Source: Myxococcota bacterium
GTDB taxonomy: Bacteria > Myxococcota > JACRCW01
Direction: 5' to 3'
Length of the DNA: 29,017 nucleotides
Assembly: GCA_040752415.1 (NCBI GenBank)
Contig: JBFMGU010000133.1
Span: 1 to 29,017, forward strand
Part shown: positions 9,477 to 17,702 of the stretch, piece by piece
How positions within the stretch are numbered: position 1 is the first letter of the stretch
Layout of the letters: every line of letters begins with the position of its first letter
Translations under genes and position numbers: made by a program
Notes under the pieces: model-generated
What the model saw: only the letters and a program-made list of their open reading frames with translations
Database searches by the model: none
What the model was told of the DNA's origin: nothing

Positions 9477-11875
9477 TCGAGCCCCCGCCGCAGGCCTTGA
9501 CCCTGCTTGCCGCCAGGAACCTTGCGCTTCCAGCTGATCTGGTTGTGGCACGGGAGGCAGTTCGGGTCGGGCAGGTTCCAGTGGTAGTTCTCGCCGACGG
9601 GATCCAGGAAGTCCTGCATGTGGCAGCTGATGCACTCCGTGCTCATGCCGGAATACACGTTGTTGCCGTGGCACTGTCGACAATCCAGCACGCGGTGCAC
9701 CCCTTGTAGCGGGAAGCCCGTGGTGGCGTGCGTGAAGGAGGAGGGCATCCAGCCCTGCACGCGGTGGCACTGCGCGCAGTTGCGCAATGCGCCGGCGTGG
9801 ATGTCGTCCTGCTTGTGACAGGTCCAGCACTGCGTGCCCGTACCGGTGCGGTCCACGGCGCCACCGTGACACTTGGTGCACTCCAGGTTGTCATGCTGAC
9901 CGGCGAGCGAGAACGGCGGCACGTCGTGGTAGCGGTCCACGATGCGCGTGCGCCAGTCGTCGGTGCCGTGGCAACGCGCGCACGTCGACGCGGCCAGGAT
10001 GCCGTGCGGGTCACCGTGGCAATCCTTGCAGCTGGTGCCCTGGGAACGGAACGTCCAGTCCACCTGCGGCGTGGGGTCGTTCTTCGTCTTCTCGACGAAA
10101 TGGCAGCCCACGCACTGCGCGCGCGCATGCGCGTCGGTGAGGGCGTACTTGGTCATGGTGTTGTGGTTGAACTTCAACGCGCCGCCCTGCGTGGTGTGGC
10201 ACTTGGCGCAGTCATTCCCCAGCTTGCCTGCGTGGATGTCCTGCCCGCCGTGGCAGCTCACGCACTGCGTCTCCTTCACCGCGTAGCTCGCGGGCGCGGT
10301 GGAATGACATTTGGCGCAGCTCACCGACGCATGCCGCCCCGTGAGCGGATACTTCGTCTGCGTGTTGTGATCGAAGTTCACCTGCTGGAACGCAAAGCCC
10401 TCGGTGTGACACTTCTTGCAGTCCGGTCCGCCGCCAAGGGTTCCGTTGTGCTTGTCCTCGTGACAGCTGATGCAGTCGGCGCCCACCTTCAGCTTCTTGA
10501 GTCCCTCGTCGTGGCACTTCTCGCACGAGACCGCGGCGTGACTGCCGGCCTGCGCAAACACGCTGGAGAGCTTGTCATGTGACGGGAGGCGCAGATTGTC
10601 GGAGCCGGGCACGTGGCACTTGGTGCACATGCCGGGGTTGTCGTTGAATTGCCCGTCGTGCTCGGTGGCGTGGCTGTGGCAATCCACGCACTGCGTGCTC
10701 TTGAACCGCTCAAAGGTATCTTCCGCGGTGGCCTTGCCCTTGACGCGGTGGCATTCCGTGCAGGCCACGGTGGCGTGACGCCCGGTGAGCTCCATCTTGG
10801 TCTCCGCGCCGTGGCTGAAGGAGACGTTGGAGCCTTTGAAGCCGCTGGGCTGGTGGCACTTGTTGCACTCGATCTTCTCGAAGCGGTCCACGCCGTTGAC
10901 GATGTGGATGTCATCCTCGCGGTGGCACCCGATGCAGTTGATGGACGGGTTGGGCACCACCTCCTTGGGATGGCACTTCTGACACGACGTCTTCGCGTGC
11001 TGGAAGGTCAGCGGGAACTCGGTCTTGTTGTGGTCGAACTTGTAGTCCTTCCAGTTGGCCTTCTCCTCGGCATGGCACTTGTCACAGGAGCGGCCTTCCG
11101 CGGTGTACGTGTTCTTGTGGACGTCCTTGTGGCAGCTGATGCAGCCCTGCGGACGCGACGACATCTTGAAGATCTTTCCGCCGGGATGACATTCCACGCA
11201 GCGGATGTCGTCGTGGGCGCCCTTGAGCGCGTACTCCGCGGTCTTGGCGTGGTTGAAGGTCTTGAGGATCTGGTTCTGGCTGGAGATGGAGCGCGCATCA
11301 TAGGTGTGGCAGGCCTTGCACTCCATCAGTTCCTTGCGCGTGGACGCGAAGTTGTGGACGTCCTGGTGGCAGGAGAGGCACTTCTGGTCCAGGCCAATGA
11401 GCTTGGGGCTGCCGCTCTTGTCGAACTTCTTGGTGTGGCAATCCACGCACTTGACGCGTTTGTGCGCGCCTTCCAGCTCGTAGCCGGTGAGCTCATGCGG
11501 GAAGGAGTCGCGGCCGCCGTAGGGACGCCAGTCAATGATCTGCGCCTTCTCGCCCTTGTGGTCGGCGTGACACTTCTCGCAGTTCTTCTGGTACTCCTTG
11601 CGTGCGTGCAGGCCCTCGCCCGCGTCGATCCTGGCCTTCAGGTCGCGGTGGTCATGGCAGCCCAGGCACTTGTTCCGCTCAATGCCGCCGCCCACGCCTT
11701 CCGCGTGACACTTCTTGCAGTCCAGGTTGGCGTGGCCCTTCACGCGGGGCCCGGGCTCGGCGGAGAAGAAGTCCACCGCGCGCGCGTCGGCGACGACGAG
11801 ACCGACCCACGCGACCAACAGCGCGAAGGGGGCCCACGTCTTCAGAAGGTGCAACACCCTGCTCAGCGTGCTCAC
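9473..11875 (-). CDS. Exported multiheme cytochrome c with 30 CxxCH motifs in ten tri-heme modules (~800 aa)
   Basis: 30 CxxCH counted by hand (CKKCH to CLPCH); repeating unit FxH..(Y/F)xLxGxH..CxxCH..CxxCH..H..CxxCH; signal peptide ending ADARA. Start uncertain: GTG 11875 (after AAAGG) or TTG 11899. Confidence 0.95.
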   Translation of the reverse strand: MSTLSRVLHLLKTWAPFALLVAWVGLVVADARAVDFFSAEPGPRVKGHANLDCKKCHAEGVGGGIERNKCLGCHDHRDLKARIDAGEGLHARKEYQKNCEKCHADHKGEKAQIIDWRPYGGRDSFPHELTGYELEGAHKRVKCVDCHTKKFDKSGSPKLIGLDQKCLSCHQDVHNFASTRKELMECKACHTYDARSISSQNQILKTFNHAKTAEYALKGAHDDIRCVECHPGGKIFKMSSRPQGCISCHKDVHKNTYTAEGRSCDKCHAEEKANWKDYKFDHNKTEFPLTFQHAKTSCQKCHPKEVVPNPSINCIGCHREDDIHIVNGVDRFEKIECNKCHQPSGFKGSNVSFSHGAETKMELTGRHATVACTECHRVKGKATAEDTFERFKSTQCVDCHSHATEHDGQFNDNPGMCTKCHVPGSDNLRLPSHDKLSSVFAQAGSHAAVSCEKCHDEGLKKLKVGADCISCHEDKHNGTLGGGPDCKKCHTEGFAFQQVNFDHNTQTKYPLTGRHASVSCAKCHSTAPASYAVKETQCVSCHGGQDIHAGKLGNDCAKCHTTQGGALKFNHNTMTKYALTDAHARAQCVGCHFVEKTKNDPTPQVDWTFRSQGTSCKDCHGDPHGILAASTCARCHGTDDWRTRIVDRYHDVPPFSLAGQHDNLECTKCHGGAVDRTGTGTQCWTCHKQDDIHAGALRNCAQCHRVQGWMPSSFTHATTGFPLQGVHRVLDCRQCHGNNVYSGMSTECISCHMQDFLDPVGENYHWNLPDPNCLPCHNQISWKRKVPGGKQGQGLRRGLE

Positions 11876-11956
11876 GCGGCCTTTGCGCGCGCCGGTCAAA
11901 ACCGAGGGGCCAACGGCAGGTGGGCGCGAGGACCCGCCGCGGCCCTGACCACGAGG

Positions 11957-13957
11957 TCAGTAGTACAGCACCACCCCGATGTGAAGGGTGCCGATCACGA
12001 AGAGGACGATGGAAGTGACGATGTGGAAGCGCTTCCACTTGCCCATGAGCCGCTGGGCAGTGCCGTAGAACCGCTGCCGACGCTCCAGCACCAGCTTGCT
12101 GTCAATCAGCTCCAGGGTCTGCTTGCGCAGCGCCTTGTTCTTGATGTTCTTGAGCCCGCCCAGGCGCAGCTGCAGGAGTCGTCGCCAGCGCTGGATGTCG
12201 GAGGTGGCGAGGAAGAGGAGGAACTTCCAGCTGCCCAGGTTCTCATCCTTGGGCTGACGGGCGCGCTCCTCCTCCATGATCAGCTCCAGCATGTTGATGC
12301 TGCGGGTGTGCTGGTTCCACTGGCTGGCGAGCGTGGTGATGGACTTGTCCAGGTCCTTCAGCTCCCGGTCAATGCTGAATTCCTTCCCGGGAATCTGGTT
12401 GGCGATGTACTGGCCGAGCAGACCCGAGATGACGACGAGGGTCATGGCGTACACGCCCAGCGAGGGCCACTTGGAGAAGTTGAGGTTTCCGTGCAGGAAC
12501 ACCAGCGCGGGGCCCAACGTCCCCAGCGCGTTGTGCAGCGCGAACCAGGTGTACTTGGAGCCGATGAAGCTGAGCGCGGGGATGCGGTTGCGCATGCTGT
12601 AGATGAGCGTGCCGCCCATGCAGCTGGCGCCGATGATGCCCAGCCACAACCCGAGGCCACGGCCGCTGTCGAACCCGCCCTCCATCTGGTTGTCCTCGGG
12701 GAAGAAGGGCATGAAGGACAGGTCGGGGATCCAGCGACGGAAAATCCACTCGAACAGGCACGCCACGGTGAGGATGCCGGCGAGCCAGTAGCTGAACCTG
12801 GGTAGCCAGCGACCACCCTCCTGCGTGGAGAGTCCCTTCTCGAACGGGTCCACCGCGCACGCGTCCTCGGTGGCCACGTTGGCGGACAGGCCGAAGAGCA
12901 GCTCGGGCACCGCGTCGATCATGGAGCCGGTGGGGCAGGCGCTGATGCAGGCCATGTCGTCGTAGCCGGCGCAGCGGTCACACTTCACCGCGTTCTTCTT
13001 GGGGACCTTCTTGCCCGCGTTGTCCCAGACCGTGGTGTCGAAGTTCTCGGGGATGTCGTAGATGAAGATGGAGTCGTTGGGGCAGTTGCGCGCACAGACG
13101 TTGCAGCCCGTGCAGTTCTCCATGGCAATGCGGATTTCATTGCTGATGGGGTCGCGGTTGATCGCGTTGAAGTTGCAATCAATCAGGCAGCGCGGGTCGT
13201 AACACTGACGACACGAGATGCTGAAGTTGATGAGCCCCACCTGCGGGCCAAAGCGCTCCAGGCGGGAGAAGCCATGGCGGTCCTCACAGGCCTGCACGCA
13301 CTTGTCGCAGTCAATGCACAGCTCCAGCTGGCGGATCTTGGTGCGCGTGGAGAAGCTGAAACCGTTCTTGACGAAGAAGTCGAAGATCTCCTCGCGTCCG
13401 CTCTCGCGCAGCTGCTGGATGCGGTGGATCCAGTTCTCGGCGTGGTTGCGCAGCTCATCCTGGAACTTGGGATGCTTCTGCAGCACCTCCGCCGCCCGAC
13501 GCGCGGGCACGCGGATGAGCTGCACCTCGGTGATGGCGTAGACGTGGAGGCCGCCGGCGGCGGCGGTGATGTCGTCGGCGAAGAAGTCGCCGGCGCCGAA
13601 CACGGCCAGCGTCTGGCCTTCCGCCTTGAACGTCTCCGCCTTCACCTTCTTCTTGGAAGCGGCCAGGCCATCCTCGGTGCCCACCGCCACGCCCACCTGG
13701 CCGGCGACGACGAAGTTGAGGCTGGGCTCCGGGGCCTTGGGGGCATCTCCGCCGAGGAAGAGCACGTCGCGCTCCACCACCTCACCCTTGGCGGTGGCCT
13801 CGAAGATCTTGAGCACCTCGTCGGGCGCGTCCTGGAAGAGCGGGAGGCGACGGAGCGCGGAGGCGGGTGGCGGCGGCGCCTTGATGTTCTTGGCGGCCAG
13901 CTTGGCTTTCTTCTCGGCAAGCTTGGCGGCCTTGTCTGCTGCGGCTGTCGCGGCCAT
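11957..13957 (-). CDS. Fusion of a degenerate cyclic-nucleotide-binding (CAP/CRP-like) domain, a 4x[4Fe-4S] ferredoxin (DmsB/NrfC-like) and a four-His cytochrome b/ferric-reductase-like membrane domain
   Basis: LRRLPLFQ...FVVAGQVGV...LAVFGAGDFF; Cys groups CIDCDKCVQAC, CRQCYDPRCLIDC, CTGCNVCARNCP and CDRCAGYDDMACISACP; about 5 TM helices with two His pairs each 14 residues apart (ALH..FLH, RFH..TLH). GGAGG lies 7 nt before the ATG. Confidence 0.9.
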   Translation of the reverse strand: MAATAAADKAAKLAEKKAKLAAKNIKAPPPPASALRRLPLFQDAPDEVLKIFEATAKGEVVERDVLFLGGDAPKAPEPSLNFVVAGQVGVAVGTEDGLAASKKKVKAETFKAEGQTLAVFGAGDFFADDITAAAGGLHVYAITEVQLIRVPARRAAEVLQKHPKFQDELRNHAENWIHRIQQLRESGREEIFDFFVKNGFSFSTRTKIRQLELCIDCDKCVQACEDRHGFSRLERFGPQVGLINFSISCRQCYDPRCLIDCNFNAINRDPISNEIRIAMENCTGCNVCARNCPNDSIFIYDIPENFDTTVWDNAGKKVPKKNAVKCDRCAGYDDMACISACPTGSMIDAVPELLFGLSANVATEDACAVDPFEKGLSTQEGGRWLPRFSYWLAGILTVACLFEWIFRRWIPDLSFMPFFPEDNQMEGGFDSGRGLGLWLGIIGASCMGGTLIYSMRNRIPALSFIGSKYTWFALHNALGTLGPALVFLHGNLNFSKWPSLGVYAMTLVVISGLLGQYIANQIPGKEFSIDRELKDLDKSITTLASQWNQHTRSINMLELIMEEERARQPKDENLGSWKFLLFLATSDIQRWRRLLQLRLGGLKNIKNKALRKQTLELIDSKLVLERRQRFYGTAQRLMGKWKRFHIVTSIVLFVIGTLHIGVVLYY

Positions 13958-14032
13958 GCGTGAACCTCCCTGCCCCGCAATCCCGACGATCTGAGCACAA
14001 TGCGCGAACGCCGGCCATCCGTTGGCGCAGGA

Positions 14033-16831
14033 TCAGCGCCCGCCCCGTTTCCCTTTGCCCTTCTTGCCCTTCTTGGGTGCTGGCGCCGAGTCCCCGCCCT
14101 CCTCCCCCATGGCCTGCAGCGCCTCCGCGGCCTGGATGCGACGCTCGTCCCGCTCGTCGGAGTTCTCGAGGAACTGCTTGAGCGCCTCCACGGCGCCCTT
14201 CTTGTCCTTCTCCGCCTGCAACGCGAGGCCGAAATACAGGTGCGCGCCGGGTTCCTCATTGGCCTTGGCGGCCTGCTTGAGGACCTTGAGGCCCTGCTCC
14301 TTCTGGCCCGCGTCGTAGAGCGCCTTGCCAATCACGCCAGCGGCCTTGGGGTCGGCCTTGGCCATCTCCGGCAGCTTCTCCGGGGTGGCGCGCGCCAGGC
14401 CCGTGTAGGACCGCAGCGCACTCTCCCAGTCGCCACTGGCCACCGCGGCGGCGCCGGCTCCCACGGCCACGTCGGGGTCGGTGGGGTCCAGCTCCGCGGC
14501 CTTCTTCAGCTCCTTCTCGGCGGCGGCGGACTGCCCCTTCTGCGCCAACGCGCGGGCCTTCAGCGCGCTGGCGCGCGGACTCTCGAAGCCGGCGTTGTCC
14601 AGCGCCTGGAGGGCCTTCATGGCGCCCGCCACGTCGCCATCATCCAGCATCACGCGCGCTTGCAGCAGGTGCGCGGCGGGATCCTGCGGATTGAGGTCCA
14701 TGGCGTCCTTGATGTGCTTGAGCGCGTCGGTGCGGTCTCCCGCGGCGGCCTCGGCGCGCGCCAGGGCCAGCATCAGCGCGGCGTCCTTCTTCGCCTCCTC
14801 CAGGGCCTTCTGCAGCTCGTCCTTGGCCTCCCGCGCCTTGCCCTGCATGACCAGCGCGTCGGCGCGCACCACGGCCCCGACGGCACGCAGGCGGAGCATG
14901 GCGGCGCGCGGGCTCAGGTCAGGCACGTCCAGCGCGGCGGCAATCTCGCCTTCCGGGAAGTAGCGTGCGTGCAGGAGCGTCTCCCACGGCGTGATGGCGC
15001 CGGGACGCACCACCACGTTGCCGAACGGGAGGCGCAGCACGGGGAACTCGCTCTTGGCCTTGAACTGCGCCTTGACCTCACGCACCCATTCCTGGCCGCG
15101 CGCGGCGGCGGCGGAGGCACGCACCACGTCCTTGTGGAACGCCACCTCCGCCTCCTCCTTCTCCGCCGCCTTCTGGAAGAGCGAGAGCGCCTTGTCGACG
15201 TCACCCATGGCCAGGCGGACCCGCGCCACCTCGGCGAGCGCCTGGGGGACCTCGTCGGTCATGGAGGCGGCGCGCTCCAGGAAGGGACCGGCCTTGTCTT
15301 CCTGGCCGCGCAGGTACGCGCTGAGCGCCAGGCCCATGGCCACCCGCGCCGCCATGTCCGGGTGCGTGGCCTTGCTGTCCAGCAACGACTGCGCGGCCTT
15401 CTCGAAGGTGGCGCGCGCGGTGTCGTCGGCGTGGGAGGTGAACAGGCCCAGGATGACGCCCGGGCCGTGGTTGGGAGAGAGCTTCACCAGCCGCTCGGCC
15501 AGGGCGCGGGCCTCCTTCTCGTCGCCAAGGCGGGCGTGCGCGCGGGCCAGGCTGTGCAGCGCCAGGGGCAGCGTGGGGTCCTTGCGGTGGGCCTTGCGGT
15601 AGGCCTCGGCGGCGGCGGCGTCATCACCCTTGTCCTCCGCCATGCGCCCCACCACCACGTCGAGCCACGCGTCCTCCGGGTGCTCCTCCAGCGCCTTCTT
15701 GAGGTCCTCCTCCAGCGCGGCGTCCTTCTTCCCGCCGTGGCTGGCCACGAGGTGACGCGCAAGCAATGCGGCGGCGGTACGCAGGCCCGGGCTGCCTTCC
15801 TCACCCACGGCGTTGAGGGCGCGCTCGGCGGACTCCCGGAAGTAGTCGCCACCGCCGAGGTCCGCGGCACGCACGGCGAGCGCGAGGGCCATCAGGGGCT
15901 GCGCCGCCTCGAACTCCGGGGAGCCGCTGTTGACCTTGTCCAGGATGTCCGCGGCCTGCACGTAGGAGGAAGGCGCGTCCTCCCGCAGGAGCGCATAGGC
16001 GCGCTGCAGCGGCGTGCCGGTCTTGCTGGCGGAGAGCTTCTTGTGGACGAGGAAACCCGCAGGCACACCGGCCAGCACCGCAAACGAGAAGACGACGATG
16101 GTGCTGGCGATGCGCAAACCCGCTCCCGAGCTCGTCTGGCCCTGCTTGGCCTGGTTCACATCCAGCGGCAACACCCCGGCAGAGAGCAGGCTCTGCAGGG
16201 CCTTGTCCAGATCTACTTGACCGAGGGCGGGCTCGGCGGTGGCAGCTCCGGCGGCGGGGGCGTCGAGGGCACCGGCCTTCACCTGCTCCAGGCTGACCAT
16301 CCGGGTGGCTTCCTTCTTGGCCTCCTGGCTGACCACCGCGCCGGGCGCGGCCTCCACCTTCTTGTAGCCGCGCTTGATGAGGTTGCGCGTGCGGTCGAGC
16401 TGCTTGCGGCTCTCGGCGTCGTCGGGGTTGAGCGCAACCGCCTGCTCCAGGAACTTCACCGCCTGTTCACGCAGGCCCTTGAGGAGCAGGTAGCGACCCA
16501 GCAGCGCGTAGGGACGGGAGTCCTTGGGCGCCACCTGGATGGCCTTCTTGAGATTGTCGACGGCCTCCTTGGCGTTGACCTGCTCCCAGTGCGCCTCCGC
16601 CAGGTACAGCAGCCCCTCCAGGTTGTTGGGGTTCTGCTTGAGCCCGTCCTCGGCGATCTTCTGGGCTTCCGCCCACGCCTTGTTCTTCAGCTTCTCCTGG
16701 GCCTGCTGCACCCACGGCGGCACCCCCTCCGCCAGCTCCAACATGGCGATGGAGAAGAACTGCGTCTGCGCCGGGTTGAACGTCTTGGGCGGCGCGGCAG
16801 TGGCCTTGGTGGGGTTCGGTGCAGGAGGCAC
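14033..16831 (-). CDS. Large tetratricopeptide-repeat protein with a single internal transmembrane helix
   Basis: Repeated TPR-like units (A..L.KA...P.D..A...LG) on both sides of the hydrophobic segment IASTIVVFSFAVLAGVPAGFLV; Lys-rich C-terminus. Start uncertain (GTG 16831 or ATG 16744). Confidence 0.85.
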   Translation of the reverse strand: MPPAPNPTKATAAPPKTFNPAQTQFFSIAMLELAEGVPPWVQQAQEKLKNKAWAEAQKIAEDGLKQNPNNLEGLLYLAEAHWEQVNAKEAVDNLKKAIQVAPKDSRPYALLGRYLLLKGLREQAVKFLEQAVALNPDDAESRKQLDRTRNLIKRGYKKVEAAPGAVVSQEAKKEATRMVSLEQVKAGALDAPAAGAATAEPALGQVDLDKALQSLLSAGVLPLDVNQAKQGQTSSGAGLRIASTIVVFSFAVLAGVPAGFLVHKKLSASKTGTPLQRAYALLREDAPSSYVQAADILDKVNSGSPEFEAAQPLMALALAVRAADLGGGDYFRESAERALNAVGEEGSPGLRTAAALLARHLVASHGGKKDAALEEDLKKALEEHPEDAWLDVVVGRMAEDKGDDAAAAEAYRKAHRKDPTLPLALHSLARAHARLGDEKEARALAERLVKLSPNHGPGVILGLFTSHADDTARATFEKAAQSLLDSKATHPDMAARVAMGLALSAYLRGQEDKAGPFLERAASMTDEVPQALAEVARVRLAMGDVDKALSLFQKAAEKEEAEVAFHKDVVRASAAAARGQEWVREVKAQFKAKSEFPVLRLPFGNVVVRPGAITPWETLLHARYFPEGEIAAALDVPDLSPRAAMLRLRAVGAVVRADALVMQGKAREAKDELQKALEEAKKDAALMLALARAEAAAGDRTDALKHIKDAMDLNPQDPAAHLLQARVMLDDGDVAGAMKALQALDNAGFESPRASALKARALAQKGQSAAAEKELKKAAELDPTDPDVAVGAGAAAVASGDWESALRSYTGLARATPEKLPEMAKADPKAAGVIGKALYDAGQKEQGLKVLKQAAKANEEPGAHLYFGLALQAEKDKKGAVEALKQFLENSDERDERRIQAAEALQAMGEEGGDSAPAPKKGKKGKGKRGGR

Positions 16832-16980
16832 GGCCGGGGTAGCCTAGGGCAGACCCGCCGGGGCCACCAAGCGGCTTGATGCGCAGGATCCGCGCGCTTG
16901 TCCACGCCCTGGACGCCGCTTCCGCACGGCGTGAAGCAGGGCTGTACAGGAGACGCCGATACCTTCGCCGAAGGGGTCTT

Positions 16981-17589
16981 TCAGCCTTTCCGGCGACGAT
17001 ACTCGCCGCGCTCAGGCATGCCCGCGGGGACCTTGAAGAGCGAGTCGTCCACCTTCAGGGAGATGTCGCGCCGGACAATGCGGCCGACGCCTGCGTCCAA
17101 GATGACCTCGATGGCCACCGGGAGGTTTCCAAGTGACGGGGCGATCCAAGCCCATACCGTCCGCACAGGCACCCCCGAGGTCACGGAAGCCCGCGTCACG
17201 TTCGTATGGATGCCATATACCTTCCGCCTTGTCAGACTTGAGGTCTGCAACAACCGCGTCCGTGTACCAGTACAATGGGTTCGGATCTTCACCCAGCGGA
17301 TTCGGGTCCGACTCGTTGAAGCAAGGTGCGTCGGGCTGAGCATGAACTTCCGCCCTCTGCTCGCGTCATGGAAGTCGACGATCTTCAGCTCGTCATGCAG
17401 GAACTCCCGACGCCAGCTTCCCGCCTTTCGGAAATACAGGCCATCGAACACGCCCCGCCGTTCTGGCGGGAGTGCACCCGTGAGCTCGATTCGGACCCCG
17501 AATTCTGGGCGACTGCCGACAGGTCCGCGCGCACTCAGGTTCGACTTTCGCACTTTTCCCAAGCCATTCCCGGCACTGGCTCGCACCAT
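16981..17589 (-). CDS. Hypothetical protein resembling DUF4412/LolA-like beta-sheet proteins; possibly frameshifted or degraded
   Basis: GLYFRKAGSWRREF..IVDF..KFMLSP and the C-terminal AWIAPSLGNLPV..DISLKVDDSLFKVPAG pattern. The middle segment reads better in another frame; start unclear. Confidence 0.5.
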   Translation of the reverse strand: MVRASAGNGLGKVRKSNLSARGPVGSRPEFGVRIELTGALPPERRGVFDGLYFRKAGSWRREFLHDELKIVDFHDASRGRKFMLSPTHLASTSRTRIRWVKIRTHCTGTRTRLLQTSSLTRRKVYGIHTNVTRASVTSGVPVRTVWAWIAPSLGNLPVAIEVILDAGVGRIVRRDISLKVDDSLFKVPAGMPERGEYRRRKG

Positions 17590-17702
17590 TTCCGACGAGA
17601 GCTTCCTGATCGTAGGGACTTTCTGCACCCCTGGTACGGGGTACCATGTGCAGAAACGGGCACCGGCGTATTTTCTCCGGCCCGCGGCGAGGCCGACCTG
17701 CA

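Noticed and set aside
9477..9881. N-terminal extension of the barrel ORF (929 aa form)
   Set aside because: It lies inside the cytochrome gene in another frame; the signal peptide and ATGA coupling mark 9476 as the start.
7092..11875. Naming these genes mtrB/mtrA (or pioB/pioA)
   Set aside because: The cytochrome has 30 hemes in a tri-heme repeat rather than the MtrA decaheme pattern, and I cannot recognise MtrB-specific sequence in the barrel. The relationship is analogy only.
7089..16879. Long plus-strand ORFs 7089-9500, 10613-12805 and 14000-16879
   Set aside because: Antisense shadows of motif-rich minus-strand genes; expected at high GC3 and with no recognisable motifs.
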